Below, in pieces: positions 1-10,342 of a DNA stretch of 64,000 nucleotides; positions within the stretch are counted from its first letter, which is position 1, and the number at the start of each line of letters is the position of its first letter. The notes below the pieces were generated by a model that saw only the letters and a list, made by a program, of their open reading frames with translations, ran no database searches and was not told the DNA's origin. This DNA comes from Alphaproteobacteria bacterium (GTDB lineage Bacteria; Pseudomonadota; Alphaproteobacteria; Bin95): assembly GCA_963665325.3 (NCBI GenBank), contig OZ224045.1, positions 2,368,001-2,432,000 on the forward strand, read 5' to 3'. Made by a program: the position numbers and the translations under genes.

Positions 1-911
1 ATGGTGTCGGGCGATGTATAGCGGCCCACGCCGACAACGGGTTTACTCGTCATGGATTTCACGAAGCTTATGTACGGCTCCTGAAACCCTTCCTCCGAAA
101 ATCGCGATGTTTGGCTGTCGTTGGCCCAGTCGGCCAGGTTGACGTCCCAGAGATCGGGTTCCTCGGCGAGAGCCGCCACGATGTCGCGGCCTTCGCCGTC
201 ATGCCTTATGCCATCGCCTCCCAACAGTTCGTCGACGGCCAGCCGGACTGCGATCCCGCATTTGTCGCCAACAGCTTCTTTCGTGTCAGCCAGAACCTCT
301 CGAAAGAGGCGCAACCGGTTCTCGAACGAGCCGCCATATTCGTCGGTGCGATGGTTGTAGCGCTTCACCAGGAAGTGCTGAAGGAGCGTCAGATCGTGGC
401 CGGCATAGACATAGGCGATGTCGAAGCCGATATCCCTTGCCAGCAGCGCCGCCTCCCGGTGCCAGCGGCGGAAGTCGGCGATGTCGGCCTTGTCCATGGC
501 GCGCGCCTGCAAGGGGTCGTCGCTGTCCACGACGACGGCGGACGGCGCTATTGGCGGAACCCGGCTGTAGCGATTGTTGGAATGCAGCCCGTTATGGACG
601 AGTTCGACAGCAGCAAGGCTCCCATGGGCGTGGATGGCGTCCACGGTCAGCCTCAAGGCCGACACGCCGGCCTCGTCCCATAGCCGCGCCTGGTTGGAGG
701 GCGAGACGTCGGAAGTGGGATGGATTTCCGTCTCCTGGGTGGAGACAACGCCCCATCCGCCCTCGGCCTTGATGCCGCGGAGCGCGGCTTCGGACTGCGG
801 GTAGCGATGGCCCATGCCGGTGCAGTGCGGCACCTGGTAGAAGCGGTTGGGCGCGGTAACCGGCCCGATGCGGACAGGCTCGAACAGGATGTCGTATCGG
901 GGGTCCCGCAT
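1..911 (-). CDS. Trimethylamine/histamine dehydrogenase-like flavoenzyme (OYE family), 5' part; runs off the window start
   Basis: Manual translation from ATG at 911: MRDPRYDILFEPVRIGPVTAPNRFYQVPHC..IKAEGGWGVV..RTDEYGGSFENRLR..KPVVGVGRYTSPD, open to base 1. QVPHC carries the Cys that binds FMN covalently in TMADH. Absent from the ORF track because it is truncated. Confidence 0.85.
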   Translation of the reverse strand, partial: MRDPRYDILFEPVRIGPVTAPNRFYQVPHCTGMGHRYPQSEAALRGIKAEGGWGVVSTQETEIHPTSDVSPSNQARLWDEAGVSALRLTVDAIHAHGSLAAVELVHNGLHSNNRYSRVPPIAPSAVVVDSDDPLQARAMDKADIADFRRWHREAALLARDIGFDIAYVYAGHDLTLLQHFLVKRYNHRTDEYGGSFENRLRLFREVLADTKEAVGDKCGIAVRLAVDELLGGDGIRHDGEGRDIVAALAEEPDLWDVNLADWANDSQTSRFSEEGFQEPYISFVKSMTSKPVVGVGRYTSPDT

Positions 912-949
912 GTGCGATGCCCTTTCCGGTATGCCGCCCGTGTCCCGGC

Positions 950-2002
950 CTATCGGAATTGGGGCGCGATTTCTGCCGTGAAGCGCGACATCTGGTCCTT
1001 GACCTCTTCATGCGGCTTCAGGCCGTAGTTGAAGTAGAGCACGACCTCGTCGATGCCGGCTGCCTCCACCAGCTTGAGGTCGTCGCCAATCTGCGAAGGA
1101 GGCCCGATCAGCACCGAGCGGTTGGTGAGCTTGTCGGGCGACATTTCGCGCAGCAGTCGACAGATCTCGACAAAATAGCGGTAGCTCGGCGGCGCGGTCG
1201 CCGGGTCGCCCGGGAAGGCCGCCACCAGCGCGTCCTGGAAATAGCGCACCAGCGCCTCGCGGCCGCGCAGGTCCTCCTCCGGCGTATCGGCGATATGGAT
1301 GAAATAGGAGCAGACCGCCCGGCGCGGCGGGCGGGCATGTTCGTCTTCGCAGGTCCGGCGATAGATTTCGACCGCCTCCGCGAGCGAGCCGTAAACCATG
1401 GCGGCGGCGAAGGGCGCATAGACGACATGCCAGTCGCGCCGCGCGGCCAGTTCCATGCTGGGGCGGGAGAAACAGGCCACATGCGGCCTCAGCGGGCGTT
1501 GCGCCGGCTTCGGGCGCACGTCCACATTCTCGAAGCGCCAGAACCGTCCGTCATGGGAGAACGGGCCGGCTTCGGTCCAGGCGCGCCAGACGATGTCGAG
1601 CCCTTCGGCGAACGCCTCGGCCGAGTCCTCGAACGGGGCGCCGAAGGGGCTGTATTCAAGCCGGTCGTAGCCGCGCCCGGCGGCGAAATCGACCCGGCCG
1701 CCGGAGAGCAGGTCGAGCGTCGCCCAGTCTTCCGCCACCTGCAACGGATGGTGGACCGGCAGCAGAACGACCGCAGGCGCGAGCCGGATGCGCGAGGTGG
1801 CGCCGGCAAGCTGCGCCAGCAGCATGTGGGGGGAGGCGTTGACGCCCAGCAGGTTGAAATGATGCTCGCCGATCCAGGCGGAATCGAGGCCCACGGCTTC
1901 GGCGTGGAGCGCCTGTTCGAATATTTCCCGGATGAACGTCTCAGCCGAGCGCGTATTGCCGGGATAGCGGTTGTCGGAAAGGGTGAAGTAGCCGAATTTC
2001 AC
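950..2002 (-). CDS. Luciferase-like (LLM class) flavin-dependent monooxygenase
   Basis: AWIGEHHF, RIRLAPAVVLLPVHHPLQVAEDWATLDLLSGGRVDFAAGRGY. Confidence 0.9.
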   Translation of the reverse strand: MKFGYFTLSDNRYPGNTRSAETFIREIFEQALHAEAVGLDSAWIGEHHFNLLGVNASPHMLLAQLAGATSRIRLAPAVVLLPVHHPLQVAEDWATLDLLSGGRVDFAAGRGYDRLEYSPFGAPFEDSAEAFAEGLDIVWRAWTEAGPFSHDGRFWRFENVDVRPKPAQRPLRPHVACFSRPSMELAARRDWHVVYAPFAAAMVYGSLAEAVEIYRRTCEDEHARPPRRAVCSYFIHIADTPEEDLRGREALVRYFQDALVAAFPGDPATAPPSYRYFVEICRLLREMSPDKLTNRSVLIGPPSQIGDDLKLVEAAGIDEVVLYFNYGLKPHEEVKDQMSRFTAEIAPQFR

Positions 2003-2008
2003 GGGAGG

Positions 2009-2908
2009 TCACGAAGGGCCGGTACGGGCCCGAATGAACGCTGTCGCTTCATCGATGCCGTCTTTCGCGCGGTCGAGCAGGCGGTCGAACCAGTGCCAGA
2101 CATGGATCATCTCGTCCGCCACGGAGAGCCGCACCTCAACGCCCGCGCGCCGGGCCGCCTCCGCCAGCGAAACCGAATCGTCCAGCAGCACTTCCTCGCT
2201 GCCGACCTGCACGAGCAGCGGCGGCAGGCCCTCGAGATCGGCATAAAGCGGCGAAGCCCAAGGGTGGCGGCGGTCCGTATCGGCGCCGAGATAGACGCTG
2301 GTCCAGCGTTCGATCTGGTTCTGCTTTACCATCGGGTCAGAGTCGGCCTTGGTCGCGTAGGAGCCGGCCTCCAACGTCATGTCCGTCCAGGGAGAGATGC
2401 AAAGGCCGCCGGCCGGCATGGCGAGCCCGTCATCGCGCGCCTTGACCAGCGTGGCGACGGTCAGGCCGCCGCCGGCCGAGTCGCCGCCGATAACCGCGCA
2501 GGCCGGGTCGATGCCGCTCTCCAGAAGGCCCTGCCAGGCGGCCGCGCCGTCCTCCACGGCGGCGGGGAAGGGATGCTCGGGCGCCAGTCGATAGTCCGCC
2601 GAGAAGGCGTGAACGCCAGCGCCCGCCGCCAGCGCCGCGACCATATGCCGATGCGAGCGCGTCGAGCCGAGCACGTAGCCGCCGCCGTGGAAGTAGAGCA
2701 GCGCCCGGGCCGCGTCGGCGCCCTCGGGCCGCAGCCACTCGCCGGGAACGCCGCCGAGCGAGCCCAGCTCGCAGGCAACGCCGTCCGGCAGCGGGAATAT
2801 CTCCACCGCGCGGTCGTATTCCTCGCGGAGATCGGCGATGGCGGCAGTCGCGCCGTCAGGCCGTTCGGCAAGTCTTAGCCTGAGTGCCGCGATCGAACGG
2901 TCTTTCAT
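2009..2908 (-). CDS. Alpha/beta hydrolase, HSL-family esterase
   Basis: HGGG oxyanion motif, GDSAGG nucleophile elbow, C-terminal HVW. Confidence 0.9.
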   Translation of the reverse strand: MKDRSIAALRLRLAERPDGATAAIADLREEYDRAVEIFPLPDGVACELGSLGGVPGEWLRPEGADAARALLYFHGGGYVLGSTRSHRHMVAALAAGAGVHAFSADYRLAPEHPFPAAVEDGAAAWQGLLESGIDPACAVIGGDSAGGGLTVATLVKARDDGLAMPAGGLCISPWTDMTLEAGSYATKADSDPMVKQNQIERWTSVYLGADTDRRHPWASPLYADLEGLPPLLVQVGSEEVLLDDSVSLAEAARRAGVEVRLSVADEMIHVWHWFDRLLDRAKDGIDEATAFIRARTGPS

Positions 2909-2929
2909 GGGATAGCTCCCTTCGGCCTG

Positions 2930-3232
2930 TCAGCCGCCTTCCAGCTTCGGGATGAAGAACACCTCGCCGCCCGACGGCACAGGCTGGAAATACGCGGTCT
3001 CGTGCATCATGCCGTCGATGGCGACGGTGGTTTCCTCCACCAGGCGCTCGCCCAGGCCGGGGAAGCGCTCATTCATTGCGCGGATGACATCGCGCAGGAG
3101 TTTCGCCTCGACCTCGAATTCGCGCACGCCTCCGGTGAAGGCGCGCGCGAACCCTTCGGTGAACCGGACCTGGACGGTCGGGCCCACCGGGCCCGCTCCG
3201 GCCTCAGTCGTCCCCGTCCGCCCCGTTTGCAT
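2930..3232 (-). CDS. MoaD/ThiS-family sulfur carrier
   Basis: Small ubiquitin-like protein ending FIPKLEGG; start uncertain. Confidence 0.8.
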   Translation of the reverse strand: MQTGRTGTTEAGAGPVGPTVQVRFTEGFARAFTGGVREFEVEAKLLRDVIRAMNERFPGLGERLVEETTVAIDGMMHETAYFQPVPSGGEVFFIPKLEGG

Positions 3233-5486
3233 CGATGGCGGCGAGCAGTTTGGGCGGCGACATAGGCAGTTCGTGCATCCGCGTCCCGACCGCCCCGTCG
3301 ATGGCGTTGGCGATCGCGGCCATGGGCGGGCAGATATTCACCTCGCCCACGCCCTTGACGCCGTAGGGATGGCTCGGATTGGGGACTTCGACGAGCACCG
3401 CATCGATCATCGGCAGGTCGGACGCCACCGGCACCCGGTAATCAAGGAAGCCGGCATTCTCCAGCCGGCCCTTGTCGTCGTAGATATATTCCTCGTTGAG
3501 CGCCCAGCCGATGCCCTGCACCACGCCGCCCTGGATTTGGCCCTCGACATAGGACGGGTGGATCGCGCGGCCGACATCCTGGGCGGCGATGAAGCGCAGA
3601 ATCTGGACATGGCCGGTCTCGGGATCGACCTCGATATCGCAGAACTGGCTGGAGAAGCCGGGCGCCTGGGCGCCGGCATTGGTGGTGCCGGCCGCGCCGA
3701 TGGGGCCGCCCGTCAGCCCGCGCTTGGCCGCAAGCTCGCCGATGGTGAGCGGCTCGAAATCGCCGACATTGGCGCCTGCGGGATGCGCGGCGCCGTCCCG
3801 CCATTCCACGGCATCGACATCCACATCCCAGATCATCGCAGCGCGCTGGCGCAAATCGTCGATTACCTTGTTGCACGCTTGGTGGACGGCGATGCCGGTC
3901 GCGAAGGTCACGCGGCTGCCGCCGGTGACATGCGTGTAGCCGACCGAAGCCGTGTCCGAGACGACGCAGCGCACATTCTCGTAATCGACGCCGAAGGTCT
4001 CCGCCGCCATCAGCGCCATGCTGGCGCGCGACCCGCCGACATCGACACTGCCGCTGCCGACGATCACCGTGCCGTCATCGTTCACATGGACGGTGGCGCT
4101 CGATTCGCCGCCGCCATTGAACCAGAACCCGGAAGCGACGCCCCGGCCCTGGTTCGGCCCGATGGGCGTCTTGTAGTCCGGGTGGTCCATGAGCGCTTCG
4201 AGCGTCTCGACATAACCGTCATGGCTGAGCTTCGGCCCGTAGACCATCTGCGTGCCCTGGCGCGCCGCGTTCTTCAGGCGGAACGCCACCGGGTCCATCC
4301 CGACCTTCTTCGCCAGCATGTCGAGCACGCTCTCGACGCCGAAAGCCGAAATCGGCGAGCCGGGTGCGCGGTAGGCCGCCGCCTTCGGGCGGTTGCACAC
4401 AACATCGTAGCCGACCGTACGCGCGTTCTCGATGTCATAGGGGGCGAAGGCGCACATGCAGGCGTTCATCACCGGAGAGCCGGGGAAGGCGCCCGCCTGG
4501 AAGTTGAAGGTAGCGTCGGCGGCGGTGATCTTGCCGTCGTTCGTGACGCCGATCTTGACGGTCATGGACGCGCCGGAAGTCGGGCCGGTCGCCTTGAACA
4601 CCTCCTCGCGCGTCATCTGCATGCGCACCGGCTGGCTGCATTTCCGCGACAGGGCCGCGGCCAGCGGTTCCAGATAGACGATGGTCTTGCCGCCGAAGCC
4701 GCCGCCGATCTCCAGCGCCGTCGCGCGGATATTGCCGGGGCTGATGCCGAGCAGCTTGGCGGTCATGGCGCGGACCACGAAATGGCCCTGGCTCGACGAC
4801 CAGACTTCGCCATGCCCGTCGGCGTCGAAACGCGCCATGCAGGCATGCGTCTCGATATAGCCCTGGTGAACGGCTGCGGTCTTGAAGCTCTCCTCGACGA
4901 TATGGTCGGCCTTCGCAAAGCCGGCCTCGAGGTCGCCGATGCCGAACTCCAGCCGCTTCGAAATGTTGGAGGCCGTATCGGGCGCAGGCTCGACGCCGCG
5001 GGTAATCATGTCCTCGAACAGAAGTGGGGCGCCCGGCTTCATCGCCTCGTCGACATCGATCACATGCGCCAGCACCTCGTAGTCCACCTCGATGAGCGAG
5101 ACGGCTTCCTCGGCGACGGCCGCGCTCGCTGCGGCGACGGCGGCGACGGCGTGCCCCTCATAGAGCGCCTTCTCGCGCGCCATGACGTTGCGGGTGATGT
5201 GCCAGAAGTTCTGCGCGACCCGCTCCGGGCCGAGATAGGCGAAGTCATGGTCCGGGAGATCGGCGGAGGTGATCACGGCCTTGACGCCCGGCAGGGCCTC
5301 GGCCTTCGAGGTGTCGATGCTCCGGATGCGCGCATGGGCGTGCGGGCTGCGCAGCACCTTGCCGATCAGCTCGCCGGGGAGCCGATAATCGGCGCCGTAC
5401 TGGGCGCGGCCGGTGACTTTCGGCACGCCGTCCGGACGGACAGGGCGGGTGCCAACCCACTTGAACTCTTTCGTTTCGGCGCTCAT
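3204..5486 (-). CDS. Xanthine dehydrogenase-family molybdopterin-binding large subunit
   Basis: KVTGRAQY, LRSPHAHARI, IGGGFGGK, AYRAPG, EGQIQGG, GVKGVGE; start taken at MSAETKEF. Confidence 0.92.
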   Translation of the reverse strand: MSAETKEFKWVGTRPVRPDGVPKVTGRAQYGADYRLPGELIGKVLRSPHAHARIRSIDTSKAEALPGVKAVITSADLPDHDFAYLGPERVAQNFWHITRNVMAREKALYEGHAVAAVAAASAAVAEEAVSLIEVDYEVLAHVIDVDEAMKPGAPLLFEDMITRGVEPAPDTASNISKRLEFGIGDLEAGFAKADHIVEESFKTAAVHQGYIETHACMARFDADGHGEVWSSSQGHFVVRAMTAKLLGISPGNIRATALEIGGGFGGKTIVYLEPLAAALSRKCSQPVRMQMTREEVFKATGPTSGASMTVKIGVTNDGKITAADATFNFQAGAFPGSPVMNACMCAFAPYDIENARTVGYDVVCNRPKAAAYRAPGSPISAFGVESVLDMLAKKVGMDPVAFRLKNAARQGTQMVYGPKLSHDGYVETLEALMDHPDYKTPIGPNQGRGVASGFWFNGGGESSATVHVNDDGTVIVGSGSVDVGGSRASMALMAAETFGVDYENVRCVVSDTASVGYTHVTGGSRVTFATGIAVHQACNKVIDDLRQRAAMIWDVDVDAVEWRDGAAHPAGANVGDFEPLTIGELAAKRGLTGGPIGAAGTTNAGAQAPGFSSQFCDIEVDPETGHVQILRFIAAQDVGRAIHPSYVEGQIQGGVVQGIGWALNEEYIYDDKGRLENAGFLDYRVPVASDLPMIDAVLVEVPNPSHPYGVKGVGEVNICPPMAAIANAIDGAVGTRMHELPMSPPKLLAAIDANGADGDD

Positions 5487-5650
5487 CCACAGGGTCTCCA
5501 GAATCGGGGCGGAACGATCGCGCCTATGCAAGCCCATCCCGCGCCCGCGCGCAAGTGCGGGTGCCCGGCCGCGGCCATAGGGACTTGCCCCGGCCGGCGG
5601 TTTCGGCAAGCTGGCGCGAGGTTGCGAATTTCTTGCATGACGGGAGGCAG

Positions 5651-6505
5651 GTGCGCTTGCAGATCGTTCCGTTGGATGCCGCGCTCGGCGCGGAGGTGTG
5701 CAAGCTCGGCGCTTCGCTTGCCGTGAGCGCGGCGGACGCCGATACGCTGCGCCGGGCGCTCGACGAGCATTTGGTGCTCGTAGCCCGTAACCAGCGGCTG
5801 GACGATCCGGCGCTGATAGCCTTTTCGCGCCTCTTCGGCGAGCTCGATCCGCCGGGGCCGAATCCCTATGGAGCCCCCTTCCTGCCCGAGTTCCCGGAAA
5901 TCAACGTCATCTCCAATGTGGTCGAGAGCGGCCGCCCCATCGGCAATCTGGGCGCGGGCGAAGCGGTCTGGCATGCGGACATGACCTACGTCGAGAAGCC
6001 GCCCAAGGCCGCCCTGCTCCATGCGCTGGAAGTACCCGACGGGCAGGGCGATACATATTTCGCCAACCAGTTCGCGGCATGGGATGCCCTTCCCGATGAA
6101 TTCAAGGCCCGGATCGAGCACCTGCGTTGCGTCCATGACAGCGCGCACAACAGTGCCGGCATGTTGCGGCGGGGCTACCGGGATACCGACGATGTTCGCG
6201 AGACGCCGGGCGCGCGCCAGCCGCTTGTGCGCACCGACCCGGCAACGGGCGGCCGCGCGCTGTTCCTCGGTCGGCGACCGCATGCCTGGGTTGTCGGGCT
6301 GGAGGTGGAGGAGAGCGACGCGCTGCTGGACCGACTCTGGGCCCATGCTTGCGCCTCGCGCTTCGTCTGGCGCCATCGCTGGCGGGCAGGCGACCTGCTG
6401 GTGTGGAACAATCTGGGCGTGCTGCACCGCCGCGACGCCTTCGACCCCGCTGTCCGGCGCATCATGCACCGCACCCAGATCAAGGGCGACCGGGAGATTG
6501 TGTGA
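5651..6505 (+). CDS. TauD/TfdA Fe(II)/2-oxoglutarate dioxygenase
   Basis: WHADMTY (HxD), GDTYFA, WNNLGVLHRR; GTG start after GGAGG. Confidence 0.88.
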   Translation: MRLQIVPLDAALGAEVCKLGASLAVSAADADTLRRALDEHLVLVARNQRLDDPALIAFSRLFGELDPPGPNPYGAPFLPEFPEINVISNVVESGRPIGNLGAGEAVWHADMTYVEKPPKAALLHALEVPDGQGDTYFANQFAAWDALPDEFKARIEHLRCVHDSAHNSAGMLRRGYRDTDDVRETPGARQPLVRTDPATGGRALFLGRRPHAWVVGLEVEESDALLDRLWAHACASRFVWRHRWRAGDLLVWNNLGVLHRRDAFDPAVRRIMHRTQIKGDREIV

Positions 6506-6526
6506 GGCTGCGATGGGCCGGGCGCC

Positions 6527-7219
6527 TTGAAACGGTTCTACGAGCAGGCGGAGGGTGTGGCGCTCGATTCCGGAGGTTATGGCGTAGCGCTGGACGGGCG
6601 CCGGGTGCGCACGCCGGCGGGCCGTCCGCTCATGTTGCCGACCCAGCAGCTGGCAACTGCGGTTGCGGGGGAATGGGCCGTCCAGGGCGAGACGGTGCAA
6701 CCCCGGACCATGGCGATGATGACGCTGGCGGCAACTGCGCTCGACCGTGTCGCCCCTCGTGCCGCGGAGGTCGCCGCCGAGGTCGCGCACTACGGGGAGA
6801 CCGACCTGCTTTGTTACTGCGATGCGGCCGGCAGGGAACTTGCCCGGCGCCAGAGCGCGGCGTGGCAGCCGGTGCTCGACTGGCTGGCCACTGCCCACGG
6901 GGTGCGTCTCAAGCCGGTCGAGGGCGTGATGCCGGCTGCGCAGGACGGGCCCGCGCTCGAAGCGCTCCGGCGCGCGGTGGACGCGTATGAGCCGTTCCGC
7001 CTGACGGCGCTCCATGCCGCCGTTACCGCCACCGGCTCGGCGGCATTGGGCATGGCGCTGCTCGACGGGCGGCTGAATGCCTGCCAGACATGGCGCTGTG
7101 CGCGCATCGACGACGCTTGGCAGGCGGAGCATTGGGGTGAAGACGACGAAGCGCGCAAACGAGGCGAAGCGTTGCGGGACGAACTCGCCGCTGCGGAGCG
7201 CTTCGCCGCGCTGCTCTAG
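6527..7219 (+). CDS. ATP12-family chaperone
   Basis: MKRFY..LDGRRVRTPAG..EW..Q..TDLLCY..WGEDDEA. Confidence 0.9.
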   Translation: MKRFYEQAEGVALDSGGYGVALDGRRVRTPAGRPLMLPTQQLATAVAGEWAVQGETVQPRTMAMMTLAATALDRVAPRAAEVAAEVAHYGETDLLCYCDAAGRELARRQSAAWQPVLDWLATAHGVRLKPVEGVMPAAQDGPALEALRRAVDAYEPFRLTALHAAVTATGSAALGMALLDGRLNACQTWRCARIDDAWQAEHWGEDDEARKRGEALRDELAAAERFAALL

Positions 7220-7237
7220 ACAAGGAGACCCGAGGCC

Positions 7238-8770
7238 ATGAGCGACATCGTTGACATGCTGGAAGCCAAACGCGCCCAGGCCCGTCTCGGCGGCGGCGAG
7301 CGGCGCATCGACGCGCAGCACCGGCGCGGCAAGTTGACGGCGCGCGAGCGCCTGGAGGTGCTGCTCGACGAAGGCTCATTCGAGGAATACGACATGTTCG
7401 TCGAGCATCGCTGCGCCGATTTCGGCATGGAGGCGCAGCGCGTGCCCGGCGACGGCGTGGTCACCGGCCACGGCACCGTCAACGGGCGGCTGGTCTTCTT
7501 TTTCAGCCAGGATTTCACCGTGTTTGGCGGCTCGCTCTCGGAGACCCATGCGGAGAAGATCTGCAAGGTGATGGACCGGGCCATGAAGGTGGGCGCGCCG
7601 GTCGTCGGCCTGAACGACTCCGGCGGTGCGCGCATCCAGGAAGGCGTCGCCTCGCTCGGCGGCTACGCCGAGGTGTTCCAGCGCAATGTGCTGGCTTCAG
7701 GCGTGGTGCCGCAGGTCTCGGTCATCATGGGGCCTTGCGCGGGCGGCGCGGTCTATTCCCCGGCGATGACCGACTTCATCTTCATGGTGGAGGACACCTC
7801 CTTCATGTATGTCACCGGCCCGGACGTGGTGCGCACCGTGACCCACGAGACGGTGAGCCATGAAGAGCTGGGCGGCGCGCGCACCCACGCCCGGCGGTCC
7901 GGAGTGGCCGACCTCGCGCTCGACAACGATATCGAGGCGCTGTTGCAGGTGCGGCGGTTCCTCGGCTTCCTGCCGTCCTCCAACCGCGAGGCGCCCCCGT
8001 TTAGGCCGACGGAAGACCCGATCGAGCGCCAGGAGCCGTCGCTCGACAGCCTGGTGCCCGACAATCCGAACAAGCCCTATGACATCAAGGAGCTGATCCG
8101 CAAGACGGCGGATGAGGGCGTCTTCTTCGAGCTCCAGCCGGACTGGGCGGGCAATATCGTCATTGGCTTCGCCCGCTATGGCGGCCAGCCGGTGGGCGTC
8201 GTCGCCAACCAGCCGATGGTGCTGGCGGGTTGCCTCGATATCGACAGCGCCAGAAAAGCGGGGCGTTTCGTGCGTTTCTGCGACGCCTTCAACCTGCCGA
8301 TCGTCACCTTCGTCGATGTGCCGGGCTTCCTGCCTGGCACCGTCCAGGAATACGGAGGCATCATCAAGCATGGCGCCAAGCTGCTGTTCGCCTATGCCGA
8401 AGCGACGGTGCCGAAGGTGACGCTGATTACACGCAAGGCCTATGGCGGGGCCTATGACGTGATGAGCTCCAAGCATCTGCGCGGCGATGTGAACTATGCC
8501 TGGCCGCAGGCCGAAATCGCCGTGATGGGTGCGAAGGGCGCGGTCGAGATCATCTTCCGCCAGGACATTGGCGACGAGGAAAAGATCGCCGGCCGGACGG
8601 CGGAATATGCGGAGAAATTCGCCAACCCCTTCATCGCCTCTGCGCGCGGCTATATCGACGACGTGATCCGGCCGCGCAACACCCGCTTCCGCATTTGCCG
8701 GTCGCTGGAGGTGCTGCGCAACAAGCGGTTGGAAAATCCCTGGAAGAAGCACGACAATATCCCGCTCTAG
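7238..8770 (+). CDS. pccB: Propionyl-CoA carboxylase beta (carboxyltransferase) subunit
   Basis: [34 protein letters not shown], ends WKKHDNIPL. Confidence 0.93.
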   Translation: MSDIVDMLEAKRAQARLGGGERRIDAQHRRGKLTARERLEVLLDEGSFEEYDMFVEHRCADFGMEAQRVPGDGVVTGHGTVNGRLVFFFSQDFTVFGGSLSETHAEKICKVMDRAMKVGAPVVGLNDSGGARIQEGVASLGGYAEVFQRNVLASGVVPQVSVIMGPCAGGAVYSPAMTDFIFMVEDTSFMYVTGPDVVRTVTHETVSHEELGGARTHARRSGVADLALDNDIEALLQVRRFLGFLPSSNREAPPFRPTEDPIERQEPSLDSLVPDNPNKPYDIKELIRKTADEGVFFELQPDWAGNIVIGFARYGGQPVGVVANQPMVLAGCLDIDSARKAGRFVRFCDAFNLPIVTFVDVPGFLPGTVQEYGGIIKHGAKLLFAYAEATVPKVTLITRKAYGGAYDVMSSKHLRGDVNYAWPQAEIAVMGAKGAVEIIFRQDIGDEEKIAGRTAEYAEKFANPFIASARGYIDDVIRPRNTRFRICRSLEVLRNKRLENPWKKHDNIPL

Positions 8771-8793
8771 GGCGCGCGGGAGGGGCAGCAGCG

Positions 8794-10335
8794 ATGCAAT
8801 TCGAGACCTTCGACTGGATCGCGCACAATGCCGCGCGGCGGCCGGAAAAGACCGCGCTGGTCGATCTCGCGAGCGGTCGCGACATCGACTACGCACAGAT
8901 GGACCGGCGGGTCGGGAGTCTGGCGGGCTTCCTACGAGGCCGTCTAGGAATCGAGCCCGGCGACCGCGTGGCCCTGCTGGCGGAGAATTCGAGCGACTAT
9001 CTGGAGATTCAATTCGCCTGCTTCCGCATCGGCGCGGTGTTCGTGCCGCTCAACTGGCGGCTCACCGTGCCGGAACTGTCATATATCGTGGGCGACGCCG
9101 CGCCGAAGGCGATGATCCACGACCGCGGCTTTGCTGAAGCGGTTGCGGCCGTGCAGGCGGAAGCCGGCTTCGAGCACCGGCTGGAAACCGCCGCCGACGG
9201 CAGTCCGTCGGACTATGAGGCGGCGATAGGGGATGGGCCCTACGAGGCGGAGATGGTCCGCCAGGAGATGTCGGACCTCTCGACCATCATGTACACCTCC
9301 GGTACCACCGGCCTGCCCAAGGGCGCGCGCATCACCCACGGCATGACCTTCGTGAACACGGTGAATGTCGGGCTCCCGCACCGGATTTCCGCCGATTCGG
9401 TCACGCTCACCGTGCTGCCGCTGTTCCATACCGGCGGGCTCAACGCCTATGCCAATCCCGTGCTGCACGCGGGCGGCACGGTGCTGGTCGCCCGGCGCTT
9501 CGACCCGGAGGAATGCCTCCGGTTGCTCGCCGACCCGGCGGCCGGCGTCACCAACTTCCTCGGCGTGCCGGCCAACTTCCAGTTCATGGCGCAGCTTCCG
9601 GACTTCGAGAAGGCCGATTTCAGCCATGTTTCGGTGTTCGGCGTCGGCGCCGCCCCCACGCCGCATGCGCTGATCGAGGTCTGGGCGGCAAGGGGCGGGC
9701 CGCTCGCCCAGGCCTACGGCATGACCGAGACCGCACCGGTGGTGATGGCGCTCGACCCGGTGGACGCGACCCGCAAGATCGGCTCGGCCGGCAAGCCGGT
9801 GCTCTATACCCGCACGCGGGTGATAACCGAGGACGGCCGCCCGGCCGCGCCGGGAGAAAGGGGCGAACTCCAGGTGGCCGGGCCGAACGTGACGCCCGGC
9901 TACTGGAACAAGGCGAAGGAAACGGCGGAGTCCTTCAACGGCGAATGGCTGAAGACGGGCGACGCAGTCTGGGTCGACGACGAGGGCTACTACTACATCG
10001 TGGACCGCTGGAAGGACATGTACATCTCCGGCGGCGAGAACGTCTATCCGGCGGAGGTCGAGAATGTGCTCTACCGGCTGGACGGCATAGCGGAAGCCGC
10101 CGTGATCGGCATTCCGGACGAGCGCTGGGGCGAAGTCGGCTGCGCGGTGGTCGTTTGCCGCGAGGGCGAGGCCCTCGAGCCGCAGTCGATTCTCGATCAC
10201 TGCGCCGGCCAACTCGCCCGTTTCAAGCAGCCACGCCGCATTCTGTTCACCAACGCGCTCCCCCGCAACGCCACCGGCAAGGTGCTCAAACACGAACTCC
10301 ACCGCATGTTGGGGGAGGGGGAGTTGGGGGAATAG
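8794..10335 (+). CDS. Acyl-CoA synthetase / long-chain fatty acid-CoA ligase
   Basis: YTSGTTGLPKG, YGMTET, TGD, ISGGENVYPAEVE, PRNATGK. Confidence 0.92.
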   Translation: MQFETFDWIAHNAARRPEKTALVDLASGRDIDYAQMDRRVGSLAGFLRGRLGIEPGDRVALLAENSSDYLEIQFACFRIGAVFVPLNWRLTVPELSYIVGDAAPKAMIHDRGFAEAVAAVQAEAGFEHRLETAADGSPSDYEAAIGDGPYEAEMVRQEMSDLSTIMYTSGTTGLPKGARITHGMTFVNTVNVGLPHRISADSVTLTVLPLFHTGGLNAYANPVLHAGGTVLVARRFDPEECLRLLADPAAGVTNFLGVPANFQFMAQLPDFEKADFSHVSVFGVGAAPTPHALIEVWAARGGPLAQAYGMTETAPVVMALDPVDATRKIGSAGKPVLYTRTRVITEDGRPAAPGERGELQVAGPNVTPGYWNKAKETAESFNGEWLKTGDAVWVDDEGYYYIVDRWKDMYISGGENVYPAEVENVLYRLDGIAEAAVIGIPDERWGEVGCAVVVCREGEALEPQSILDHCAGQLARFKQPRRILFTNALPRNATGKVLKHELHRMLGEGELGE

Positions 10336-10342
10336 AAGCCGG

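Noticed and set aside
917-5726. Long + strand ORFs 917-2878 and 2952-5726 (similarly 27505-29184, 36622-38016, 38095-40548, 52611-54467, 56090-57550)
   Set aside because: Antisense shadows of recognisable genes in high-GC DNA; no family motifs.
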